Below, piece after piece: positions 15,003-33,963 of a stretch of 64,000 nucleotides of DNA; the first letter of the stretch is position 1, and each line of letters starts with the position of its first letter. The position numbers and the translations under genes are program-made. Under the pieces are notes generated by a model. The model had not been told where the DNA came from. It was given only the letters and a program-made list of their open reading frames with translations, and made no database searches. Source of the stretch: the human T2T-CHM13v2.0 reference genome, Homo sapiens; the NCBI RefSeq assembly GCF_009914755.1, contig NC_060928.1; one strand, written 5' to 3'.

Positions 15003-15559
15003 ATCTATGACTCTGTCAAGTACTTATACAACAAATCTCTTTTGAGTATTTCCTATTGGCCAGGCATGCAGTTCTTTCTATGTGCTGGAGGTTCAGCAGA
15101 CAGCCATGGTGACCGTCTTGGAAGAGTAGATGGCAATTTAGTGCTGAAACCAGATACTGAACAAGTAATTATAAGTATGATGAATATTTTGAAGGAAAAG
15201 CGCAAGGCTCTTTGGGAATGTAAAACATATTACAGAAGGCCAGTAAGCCTTCCCTGAGAGATAGACTTCCAGAAAATAATTTTCTCAACTTTTCACCATT
15301 AGGTTTCACTTTTTCGTGGTATATCCATTCATATTTCATTTCTTGTTTCTATTCTGCTATTAAGAAAAAAAAATCCTTAACCCTTTCCTTTGCCAGACTC
15401 TGTGTTCTGGTCATCTTTCTAGTTTGCTTTGGTACTATAGCCAACAAACTATCTTCCACTCCATTTTTTTCTTAATCTCCCTCTACTGCCCTTTTCCCTT
15501 AGCTTCCTTAGGACTCCCTTTATCCTAATAAAAAGTCCCTTTGATCCCTTGCAGTCCAT

Positions 15560-17390
<1,831 letters not shown>

Positions 17391-18180
17391 TTTAAAAATA
17401 TTAAAAAGTATGATGAAACTATAGGTGATACTAAATGTTTAAAAATATTTTTGCTACAATGGCTTTGAAGAACATTGAAGAAGAAGGCCAGTCAATTGGC
17501 CTTGATTGATCAAGCTTGACAGATTTCCCTTCATTCCTTGAGATTCTTGAGAAATTTGGCACGCTGAGCCATGCAGTAAAATTACAAACAAGTCTCTACC
17601 TAAAAATATCTGGCTTTGACGATGCATTATAATTTCCTTCCACTTATAAATCCTTTATTCTTGAGGTGTGGTTATTTGTTGCAAATCTCACAGATGACAT
17701 CTTTCTAAGCCATGACCTTAAACCCTTAGTTGGACCAGGAAATACCATAAGGTGATCCAAGAGAATGGCCATAAAAAGAAAGCATGTGCAGCAGGAAACC
17801 AATCATTACAGCCAATTTGTAGATGAATCAATTTATGGTACTTTCCCTTTTTATGATGCCTAATACTTTGATGGAAACTAAAAGCAGTAGTGGTTATGTA
17901 GCTTTTAATACTATTCATCTTTGAAAAAATTTACAAACATCAGTTATTGCCCCTGGCTCATTTTAAGATAAGTAAGTCCCTAAAAAGAAAGGCATATCTC
18001 CATTTCAGAGGTAAAAAAGAAATGGCACAAAGAAGCTAATTTTTTAAAGCTTAAGAATGTAGTGTTAAAATTAATGATCAAAATGTGTAAGTATCTGAAG
18101 ATCTACCTTGTTGAACAAAAGCAATAAGGATGATGATGATGATGATGACGATGGCTAGTTTTAATTAAAAGGTTACTGTG

Positions 18181-18492
18181 GGCCAGGCGTGGTGGCTCAC
18201 ACCTGTAATCCCAGCACTTTCGGAGGCCGAGGTGGGTGGAGCAGGAGGTCAGGAGATTGAGACCATTCTGGCCAACATGCTGAAACCCTGTCTCTATGAA
18301 AAATACAAAAATTAGCTGGGTGTGGTGGTGCATGCCCGTAATCCCAGCTACTCGGGAGGCTGAGGCTACTCGGGAGAATTGCTTGAACCCAGGAGGCAGA
18401 GCTTGCAGTGAGCCAAGACCGCACTACTGCACTCCAGCCTGGTGACAGATGAGACAGATGAGACTCCATCTCAAAAAAAAAAAAAAAAAAAA
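18181..18492 (+). mobile_element. AluS/Y-type element with two small internal duplications
   Basis: Full dimer, poly(A), TSD AAAA(G)GTTACTGTG. Confidence 0.92.
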
Positions 18493-18501
18493 GTTACTGT
18501 G

Positions 18502-19108
18502 AACCACCATCTTTCAGTAATTCACTACAACGATGACACGCAAAGGGAAAGAGGAAAGGCACCTGATATTCTCTAGGCCTTTTAGAAAATATGGAGTTGT
18601 TCCTTTGGCCATATACATGTGAATCTACAAGAAAGGTGATGTAGACATCAGGGAAATGCATCTGGTTCAAAAAGGAATGCCCCACAAACGTTAATGTGGG
18701 AAAACCAGAGGAGTCTACTGTGCTACCCAGCATGCTGTTGGCACTGTTGTAAACAAACAAGTGCAAGATTGTTGCCAAGATAATTAATGTGTTGAGCATA
18801 TTAAGCACTCTAGGAGCCAAGATAGCTCCCCAAAACTCAAGAAGGAAACAAAGGAAAAGAAAAAGAAGGAAGCCAAAGAGAAAGGAGCCTGAGTTCAATG
18901 GAAGCACAGCTGGCTCCACCCAGAGAAGTGCACTGTGAGAACCAATGGAACAGAGCCTGAGTTTCTAGAACCTGTTCCCTATGAATGCATGGCATAACAG
19001 GTGTTTAAAAAATAAAAGAGCTCTGGACTGTAAAAATATTTCTTTTCATTAAGCAGAAATGTGTTGTCCCCTGCCCCAAAGAAATATTTTAACTTTAAAA
19101 AAAAAAAA
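18502..19108 (+). pseudogene. Processed pseudogene of ribosomal protein L21 (RPL21), antisense to MANBA
   Basis: Intronless frameshifted RPL21-like coding (KGKR.GT..FSRPFRK.GVVPLA; EP.PYE.MA stop at 18995-97), AATAAA, poly(A) 19097-19108, flanking TSD AAAAGTTACT(G/A)TG. Confidence 0.93.
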
Positions 19109-20116
19109 GTTACTATGCGTCAGACTGAGTCATGTGCCTTCCATCCATTATCTCACTTAGTCCACATAACAGCTCTTAAAAGTTAGCTCCTATTTTTAAC
19201 CTAATTTTATAGATGGGAAAAGGAGGATTAAGTAACTCACCCAAGGTTACATAGACAGGAAGTGGCCCAGCCAGGATTTCAAAGCCTGCATACTTAACCA
19301 CTATGCTATAAAATGAAAACCCTCAGAAACTATAAATCCATCAAACATGAAAAACATAATATCAATATTGTGAATAAAAAGATTATAAAATAAGTGTTCT
19401 GTAAATATTTTTTAAAATTTGTATCATCACATTTTGTGAATAGAAAAATTCTTCATGACACATGTCTTAGTATATCAGGTAAACTATAAATTTGAACCCA
19501 TGTTTTTCATGAATTCTCAATGAAGTTTCTTCTATAAATGGAATAGTGCCATAAACTGGGCATGTTTAGGTGCTAATATCACATACTATTTTAAAAAATA
19601 GATGCCTTTTCAAATTGCTTCTGGATATACCCAGATATTTAAAACATCTATTTACAGACACAAAAGTGTAAAGACAACCAGATTATTAAATCACATGTTA
19701 AACAAAGTTTTTCAAAAGTTAAAACTTTTGAAGGCATTACTGAAAAAAATGCTGCTTTTTCTCACAAAAAGGCCAATTTATATTAACATATGTCTGTATA
19801 ATATGCCAATTAGACAAACAGTGGTGCAAAGAGAACCACTATAGAGCAAGGGCCATACAGCGGGGTTGGAGACCAGCTCTCTCATCTCTCTTTGTCCCTT
19901 AAATCACATACCAGGACATTCATATGTGATATATACCAAAGTCTACTACTTTAACACATACGATTACAGAATTTTAGAAGTGGCATATCAATAATCATCG
20001 AATCTAGAGATTCTAAACTTTTTGGGATCCACGGATGGACTCCAAGGAGCATGTGACAACCTAGCATTGTAAGCACTGCATTGGTGTATGTGTGGAGAGC
20101 TGCACAGAGAAGTTAA

Positions 20117-20558
<442 letters not shown>

Positions 20559-20590
20559 CTAAAGATACATTCTTAAATTCTACTGCATTA

Positions 20591-20824
<234 letters not shown>

Positions 20825-21059
20825 TCAGAGCTATAATTACTCATAAAATTAAAGCCCTTGCATTTCTGCACATAAATTCTTATGTGCCAAAAACCTAACT
20901 TGAAAATGGCTAGTCATGTTAGCTGCAGGAATACATTTTAAGAAATCTCTGAGATTCTTTTTAACTAGATTTTATAAACACTGATACATAGGGTTTCTCT
21001 TCTCTGCTATATAAAAACTGAAGATAATATAATCCCTTTTTTAGAAAGAGAAAGAAAAG

Positions 21060-21873
21060 GGGAATGAATAAACTCTTCACTCTGTGGATTGCCACAAAGA
21101 AAACTTTCAGGAAATACAAAAGGCAGGAGACATTATATTTTGGGGATTGGTTCTTAAGAGCAAATTGGACAAATTGGAGTTCTGTGTGAAGAAATAAATG
21201 AAGCAAAGCAAACACTACCACTGAAAGAAGGACGGAGGTTCCTATGCAGTCCTCACTGAGATCAGAAAACCAGAAGGGGAACTAGAGAAGGTTTTACAAA
21301 GCAAGTGAGTACTAGAGGTATGCTGGCAGTTAAAGACAAATATGGAATACTCTAAAGGAAAACAGATTAGGGCAATCAGGGTTGATGTCTCCTGAAATAA
21401 CTATCAATGTCGTGTCCTGAGAAATCAACTAACATTAAGTTACTGAATGTACCTAAATATAAAAGGGAAAATTAGAGAATCTACCTGAAAACCGTGCCAC
21501 ACGAGGCCTGCATAAACTGAGCTCATCTGGGCTGGCCCTACATAAAGACAAAAGGATCCACTTGTGTTATGTTTGCACTGGACAGATTCAGACATGTCCC
21601 TTCTTCTAATACACTAGGACATGTGCCCCAGTAGAGAGCAATTAAATTCCTCTGAGAATGGCAGAGTGAGTCAATGGTCAAGAAAAATTCTTTTGGAACA
21701 TGTTTTGGCAATGTTACCTCATTGATATTTATAGGTTCACTTTCGCTGTGATGCATGATTACACTGATTGCCCCCCACTGATGCTCTCAATGTGTTCTCC
21801 ATTCAAGAAGCTCAGAAACTCACATAGATGAAATAGAGATGCACTGAAGGTATATTAAAGAGATATATTTCAT
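21060..21873 (-). pseudogene. Putative decayed LRR-receptor gene, N-terminal half (signal peptide-like start, LRRNT-like cap, ~8-9 degenerate LRRs)
   Basis: Manual translation with frameshifts: KHVPKEFFLTIDSLCHSQRNLI, CLNLSSANITQVDPFVF, PDELSLCR, GTFSNLMLVDFSGHDI, CPNLFSFRV, PLLV/DLSEDCI, FALLHLFLH, NVS/FVFPESFLCGNPQ; motifs recur every 70-92 nt. Confidence 0.5.
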
Positions 21874-23619
21874 TTTTAAAAAAATTAAGTCTTGTGTTTT
21901 TCTCAGCCAGCCATATAAACACTATTTCCTTTTTTTGTCTTTGTACATGCCCAAGAAAGGGACAGCTGCTACCAACTGTGACTGACATATTTATGCCACT
22001 GATGAAAATACAAATATAAATCCTGAAGTGGCAAAAAGCTTCAGTAGCACCGTGTTACACACAACCCTCAAGCTGACTTAGAGTTTTATGGTAAGCTTTA
22101 CTTTAAAATTTTAACAAACTTTGCATGCAATGGCTCTCCTTATCTTTAATAATGCATCAAAGAACTGAAGATACATAAATGTTAGATTTTAATTATTTAT
22201 ACGAAAGAAAACTAAAAATAAAACTGAAATGCTTGCAACCTGTGTAACTACAATTAATATGTTTACAGTTATTCATTCATCCATTCATCTATCCACTTTG
22301 TGAATAATCCACAGAGTGGGGACGCAGAGGGGAATGAGTCCTAGGCCTCAGGGAGATGACAATCTTGCAGAGGTGACAAATCCTTGAACAAGTAATTCAA
22401 AGTGTGATGTGTGTCTCAAAAGGCAAAAGATTTTTCCCATGCTTAAGGTAAGAGGGGCCAAAGGAGAACAAAGGAGGTGGCTCACAAGGGCAGTGGATGG
22501 GGAAGATGTTCCAGGACATAGACAGCAAGATGGAGATGGTGCCTGAACAGGTGCAGACACCAGCTGGCCGGAGTCCCGCATTAAGAGGATCTTACACCTT
22601 ACCCAGAGGTCAAGAAGCCACCTCAGGGGAAGTGTTGGCTAGGGAAGGAGTTCGATTGTACTTTTTAAACCTTTTATTTTAAAATGAAACACAGTTACAG
22701 AAAACAAATTATGACACGGTCAATTATCATAAGGCAATCACCCTTGTAGCCACCACCCAGTGCAGCCAGGCCGGAAGCCATCCACGTGCCTCTTCCTAAT
22801 CACAGCCCCTTCCTCCTTCCAAAAGTAACCACTATCTAGAGTATCATAGTGTAATAGAAATCGCTTCCTTGCATTTCTGTATGGTTTTTCACAAAATATA
22901 CATCTGCAGACACTATAATATGAACTCTAGATTTTAACACACTTGATGGATTCAATTCATTGACATCCTTATCTTTATTGAATCTCAAATTGTCCCCCTT
23001 TTGGTTGTTCAGAGTCTCTCAAAATCCTTTTGACATAACTTTGATAGCTTCCTTGTTATCTGCATGTTGAGATATTCCAGGATCAGGGTTCTGAGCAGGA
23101 ATGTGGTATGACTTAAAATGTGTCAGTGGAAGATGACTTTGGCAGCTCTGTTGAGTATGCACATATTGAAAGAGACCAATGCTAGGGAGTCCAATCAGAA
23201 AACAAATGCAATGATTGAGGAGAGGGAAAAATAGGATTTGAATTAGAGTAGTAAGCACGGGGGTGAGAAAGTAAATACAAATACTAGTAACATTGATATC
23301 AAAAAATTGTCTCAACTTAAAACCAGATGGATGTGGGAGGTGAGAAAGAAGAAAGTATCAATGACTTTCATATTTCCTGCTAAAAAGAAAAATCTTGAAA
23401 GAGTGCACTGGGGAAAAGATAATAGATGTACTTTGAAGACACGCTGAGTTAGTGTGACAGCTGCTATTATTTGTTATTTCTTTTGAACTGCATGACTTAC
23501 ACGTATTATCCTATTTAATTTTTGAAACAGTTTCATGAGGAGTGACATCATACTAGAGTTATAGATACAGAAATTGAGGCTCAAGAGGTAAAGTGACCTC
23601 CCTAAGGTTGCAGACTCAC

Positions 23620-24215
23620 CATTCAAGAAGAAATATCAAAATATTTGTTCTTTGTATATCAACATTACAAAAAATCTGGCAGACAGTTGGACATGAGAAA
23701 TTGAAATCAGAGTCAATAATTATCCACATTGTAGCTTTACCTGAGGTTACCGAGAAAATGGATTTGTTTCCTTCTTTAACATGTTGCAGAGCACTATAAA
23801 AACTCAATATGTCTCCACAGTCTTGCAAACTCTTTACAAGGTAGGGGTGATCTCCTGGTGCAGTGATCATTTCCAATGGATGCTAATGAATCAGTCCGAT
23901 GTTTCAGTAGTATTTTACTAGCATATGATACACTCACAAGTTGGTTTCTAAACTGTATTTTGGGAGTACATCATAATTCAGAATTTTCATGTATTGACAA
24001 GCATCCCACTCTGATTCTACATGGAAACCCATGCCATGCACTTAATATTTAGGGGAGAGGAAATATAATGCAATCTGTGTTTCAAAGCATGATCATCCCC
24101 TAAACAGACCTTGCTGCAAAAATAAGTATATTCAGCACACAGCTCATAAACCTCAGATCTGTGGCTAAAATTATCAGTTGATAATATTATATTAACACCA
24201 TTGCCATTTGTGAAA
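23620..24215 (+). pseudogene. Putative decayed LRR-receptor gene, C-terminal ectodomain half (last LRRs, LRRCT, start of a hydrophobic segment)
   Basis: Plus-strand translation: RAL*KLNMS; open frame 23876-24037 MDANESVRCFSSILLAYDTLTSWFLNCILGVHHNSEFSCIDKHPTLILHGNPCH; then NAICVS...ICG*NYQLIILY. Confidence 0.5.
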
Positions 24216-24853
24216 AGAAGATATCCAGGATCATTTTATATATTTCCTGTGCCAGACCTGGAGTCGGCCATTTCTCTAAGCTTTTCTCTTAACAGGAAAG
24301 ATTACTTCAATATAAGAATACTCAACACTACAACGTTGGGCATTATTTCTAGATCTTTTCAGTAGGCAGAGAAAGCATATAATCACTTCCTTGCATTTAT
24401 ATATCTGTGAATATAAATATAAATGTCAATATGTGGAATCTAAAATAAATCAAGGAATCAATAATCAATTTAAACTTTCTCCTGAGCAATTCAAACAGTG
24501 GTGTTGCTGTTTGCTGAGATGGAGAAAACTTCAGAAGAAGCAAGATTGGGGAGGGGGTGCAATATAAGTTTAGTTTGTACATGTTACATTTCAGATGCCT
24601 GTTAAACCTCCAAGCAGAGGCACCAGGTAGGCAGTTGGATATAAGAAAGAGGAATTCAGCAGAGAAATCAGGACTGGGGATAAATCTGGGAGTCATCAGC
24701 CAATAGATGATGGTAAAGCCATGACACTGGGTACAATCACCTAGGATGTCAATTACCTGGCTGTGTAATTTTTCATGGGATTTAGTAGAGAACAAAAACC
24801 AAAATGAAGCAAGATTTAACAAAAGGCAATACTAAAACATATTATTTGTTTTA

Positions 24854-24967
<114 letters not shown>

Positions 24968-25479
24968 CTAGCAAATCAAATAAAAGGGAATGCAACACTT
25001 CCATAAGTTTTATTACACAGAAGAAAGTCTTTATTCTGAGCTCTGGGCATTATCTTTCACACAAATGAAAAATCCAGTTAGCCTGATGAGTGTGATCACT
25101 GGGGCGCCATTATGCATAATTTGATACCAAGAAATGTATCAAAGACATTAGGACTTCCCAGAACTGCACAAAATCTGAGAAGAGAAAATCCTAGGCAGGT
25201 ATAGAAGAAAGAGAAGATGGAAGAATTTGAAAAAGAAAAAATGTGTGGAGGGGACACAGAATGAGGCTTCCCTCCAGCCCCTTGTCACTCCTAATTCATT
25301 CCAATTTTCACCAGGCATTTGGTATTGAGATGCACCAGACTGTTAAGAATCATACTTCATTTATAAAGGAATTAGCTTTTCATAGACAAAAGGATTACTA
25401 CATGCACATTTTAGTAATGAAACCATATAAGTCCCTTCCTAAGGAGGCTGTGTGATGCAATGGTTAAGAACACAGCCCC

Positions 25480-26086
<607 letters not shown>

Positions 26087-26468
26087 TCATAGCCCCAAAG
26101 CAGCCTGTCTGAGTCGGAATTTCATTCCACCATAAATGAGTTGTTAGAGTTTGGATAAAATATATAACCTCTTCATGTGTCAGTTTCCTTATCTGTAAAT
26201 GGGGATAGAGAATAGTAACTACATCATTGAATGGGCATGAAGATAAAATATGTAGAGCACTTAGAACAATGCCTGGCACTCAGAGAATATTATAGAATAT
26301 TGTCATCGTCACAATGACCATCAGCATTATCATTATTAGAATAATTCCTAGTCTTCGGTGGCACTCTTTATATTTTAGAACAACAATAATAGAACTAACA
26401 GAATATATTTTCTTTGCTTTATCCTCACAATTGCAAAACACATTAAAAGTACTTAATAACAATATTAG

Positions 26469-26756
26469 GGCCAGGTACAGTGGCTCACACCTGTAATCTC
26501 ACCACTTTGGGAGGCAGAGGCAGGTGGATCACCTGAGGTCAGGAGTTCAAGGCCAGCCTGGACAACACGGTGAAACCCCATCTCTACTAAAAATACAAAA
26601 ATTAGCTGGATGCTAATTTACTAAAAATACAAAATTTAGCACATGCCTGTAATCCCAGCTGCTCCGGAGGTTGAGGCAGGAGAATCGCTTGAACCTGGGG
26701 TGGAGGAGGGTGCAGTAAGCTGAGATTGCACCATTGCACTCCAGCCTGGGCAACAT
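26469..26756 (+). mobile_element. AluS, 3'-truncated, with rearranged linker
   Basis: Alu body ends at ctgggcaaca; duplicated A-linker. Confidence 0.88.
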
Positions 26757-27178
26757 TTTTAATTTTTAACAAATTAAAAATAAAAAATTAGAAAAAATTT
26801 AGAAAAACAATATGAAACACACCTTTTCTTTACTTAATTTTATTATTTTTCTTCTCTTTAGGTTTCGTCAGATCTCCTTTAAGTGTTTTAAATATTTTGT
26901 TTTCTTTTATATGCATACCTAAATATCACAAAGAAAATTATTTTAAAAGTAGGTATATGTATACTGGGATATAAATAATTTACAGGATATCTATCATTTA
27001 AAAATAAATAATTATGGTAGTTGATCACCTATGGCTCTTGGTTTACAAGATGCCATTTATTCCTATAGCCCCAAATGGAATATCATTCCTAGCTCTGAGA
27101 CTGGGGCAATTGCATCATTCAGAACATTGGCAGTCAAACTGAGGATATAGTAACTTATCAATATATAAAATGCTATCA

Positions 27179-27319
<141 letters not shown>

Positions 27320-28508
27320 TTAGAAACAAATCATAATTTGGAAAAAAAAAACAGATTGTGACAGATAAACACATTTCTAATCTGTTAGAAAAACACACTC
27401 TAAAATCATGATGGTTTGGTTACAATGTAAATTAAAGAAAGTAAGATAAAATTATATACACATTAACTATAACCACATAAAACAAATAAACAGAAAAAGT
27501 ATGGGTGATATCTTTACCTATTAAATTTTCAGTAACATTATTATACTCTTTTTAAAATTAAATTTATGTTTTATATTTAGTCTTATAAAAAATACAGTTG
27601 TAAGCCTTGGAAAGTATGCACTAATTTTATACAAACCCTCCAAACTATAAAACAAAATCAAGACTTGAGTATTAGTGCCTAGCACCCCTATCTCCTTTTA
27701 TGCAATTTCTCCAGCCCAGTATTTCTTTCTCTAGTAAATTTCCTTTCTACTTTTTCCAATTCCTATTCACATTACCCTCAGGAAAATCTAGAAACTTACA
27801 GGCAGCTTGAGAGCATGTACCTTCCCTCCATTCCCAGAACAGTGCTCAAACCAAGTAACAGGCTGGGCAGACCCAGAGCACTGTGGGCTCAGCACAGGCA
27901 CCACGGCAGGCTTACCAATTGGCCCAGTTGGGCTGAAGGACCACAGCCAACCCAGCCCCAGCTGGGAGGGGAGAGGAGCATTTGAAAAGGAAAAAGATAG
28001 AGCCAATTATCCCGTGGCTGTGTCTGGAGAAGAATTTCATTTTCTTATGAAATCTAAAATAATATACACATTTTAAAGTAAAAGGAAATTACTACAACTT
28101 TTGGAAAAAATCAGGGTTTAGTTACTGATGACATTTACATTCTAAACATCAAATAATATACTACAATGCACATTTATACATTTGTAAATATGCTAAAATG
28201 TTATTTAATTTAGATAATAAATAAGTTTAAATGTGTTTATTTTCATTTCATAAAGTTTATTTTCAGCATTGCAAAGATTTAAGTTTACAGATCCAATTAG
28301 GAAATATTATTTTCTTCCAAAGTTCTATTCCTTCAGTCTTGGAAAAACATTTTTTTTCCTAGATCTAGAACTTTTAAGATTATATTTTGTTTTTAAATAA
28401 ATTGTATTGTGTATATTTAAGGTATATGACATAATGTTATGGGATATATAGATAGATAGTTAAAAGGTTACTATAGTGAAACAAACCAACGTACTTACCA
28501 TCCTACAA

Positions 28509-28830
28509 CAGGGGTCCCAACCCCCAGGCCACGGACTGGACCATGGATCAGGTGGCACAGCAGGAGGTAAGCAGCTGGTGAGCAAGCATTACTACCTGAC
28601 CTCCTATCAGATCAGCGGCAGCATTAGATTCTCATAGGAGCAGGAACCCTATTGTGAACTGTGCATGCGAAGGATACAGGTTGCATGCTCCTTATGAGAA
28701 TCTAATTCCTGATGATCTGAGGTAGAACAGTTTCATTCCAAAACTATCCCCTCATCCCCCACCCCCAATCTGTAGAAAAACTGTCTTCCATGAAACTGGT
28801 TATTGGTGCCAAAAAGGTTTGGGACTGCTG
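28509..28830 (+). mobile_element. MER1B (hAT-Charlie) inside an L1MA 3' fragment (~28390-29040, -)
   Basis: TIRs caggggtcccaacc / ggtttgggactgctg; TSD tcctacaa/tcctacgt. Confidence 0.82.
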
Positions 28831-29131
28831 TCCTACGTAGTTATCCACTCTTTTTTGCTTTTGTGGCACAAGTAGCTAAAATCTACTCACTTATTTACCA
28901 TGAATCCTATAAATAGCACAATTTTTTTAACCTATATTCCTAGTGCACATCAGATCTCTGGACTTGTTCTCTTGCATATCTGCTACATTGTATCCTCTGA
29001 CCAACAGCTCCCAGTTTCCTCCCCACCCTCCCACAACCGCGCCTCCACTACACACGAGATTTTGTTTAGTTCTTTTGTTGAGATAAAAGTAAAAGAATAT
29101 GCAAATACCTTAGCATAGAAAGGTAAATATG

Positions 29132-29450
<319 letters not shown>

Positions 29451-29824
29451 TCAAAACCATGCTCAAAACATTTAACGTATCATTTGAAAAGCTGAAAATA
29501 GTTGAATGTAATATTTTTTTCGGAGACTATTCAAAATATAAATTACTCATTTTCTTATTTCTCCAGAATAAACATATAATAGTTTTCTAAAAATCGAATG
29601 GCTTCAACAGTCTCAAATAGTTTAGCTGTAAGACCACCTGTAACCCAGGAGAATGGAATATATAATTCTTAAAATCCTGTCCATTCTAAAGTTTCCATCG
29701 TCTAGAATTCTATACTACCTCTTAGTTCCTTGCCCAGAGACTAAAGAAAGTAAAAATGAGTAAACCTCAAGCTTTGCGGGACTGCTAATTAAAAGAAGAA
29801 CAAGAAAAGAAAGACAATAACTTA

Positions 29825-29992
<168 letters not shown>

Positions 29993-31065
29993 TTAAATGA
30001 TGAATATCAAATTTAAACATAAGCAAAATAGTTTTTTTAAAAAAAGCAGACCTTTTTGAAAAACTACATTCAGTAGTTTAATGCTAATTTTCCTATTTAC
30101 TATGAAGCACATAATGTGGAAATGCACATTTCAGGAATATACACATATAAATTATTGCTAGCATCCGTTATTTCTCTTTTAAAAGAGAAATATAGAAACC
30201 ACTAAAGAGCTACTGTAGTCTTCCACATGAAATAGGCATTTGTGATAACATCAAAAAAGACAATTTGAAGATAACATCTCTAAATTAAAACAAAAACATG
30301 CTATTTCAAAAAAATAGAAAAAAATGCTGTCTTTGAAAAACACATTCTCATTTCAGTGTTGTTAAAAGGTAGCCAAACATGCATCTTAGAATCAAATGTT
30401 GTAACTTAACAACTTTGCAATCTTAATAACACATTACCATAAAATCACTTTGTTTAATGGGTAATTTAATCCTAATTACACATTAAACTCAATGTTTGAG
30501 CACGCTCTGGTTTCTTGACTGGAGATGTACATGGTGTTCTAATGGAAGTAGATGCAGCAGGACCACGCACTCTGTGCTATTGGTGCTCTGGAGAGGAAGC
30601 AGAGGCTCCATCCTAGTGACAGCCTAGCCAGGTTTTCCCCCAGTTAAGCATGGGCAGCAAGACCCCAGATAGAGAAGCTTTGACATTTTTATCAAAATCT
30701 TTATTCTTGCCAGCCATAAATTGGATCAAGTTTATATAAGATTTTATACCAATAAAGCCTAGCCTTAAGCCAAAAGCACACATTTCTCTAACTTAAAAAA
30801 TCAGTGAATGAATTAGTCAAATTATTTCATGTAATAAAAGTGTCCACCATTCTCCTGCTTCCTGACTCCTGACTTTATTTATATGAAATGACAAAAGACC
30901 TCAGAATTAACTTTACAAGAAGATACAGAATATGTCCTGGATAAGGAGGATCTTGACACGCGATGATCACTCCTGCTTCAGGGTTGCAAAATGTCAAGAA
31001 TGCACAGTGATTTTCAGAGGTGACTTTTAAAACACCATGATGGTGGGTTCCAATATCTAGAACAG

Positions 31066-33963
<2,898 letters not shown>

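Noticed and set aside
17450-17920. Searched for a TIR domain to complete the LRR fossil
   Set aside because: No convincing TIR box motifs seen, and the region lies across MANBA exon 11
18494-18919. 141-aa minus-strand ORF with a hydrophobic N-terminus
   Set aside because: It is the antisense reading of the RPL21 retrocopy
21799-23630. 12-bp direct repeat ccattcaagaag at 21799-21810 and 23619-23630
   Set aside because: Too short; does not bracket a single element, so not credible as a TSD
23616-23876. 86-aa minus-strand ORF ending at a strong ATG|gtgagt donor
   Set aside because: No recognisable homology; the LRR signal is on the opposite strand, and the candidate 174-nt exon has an early stop and a weak acceptor
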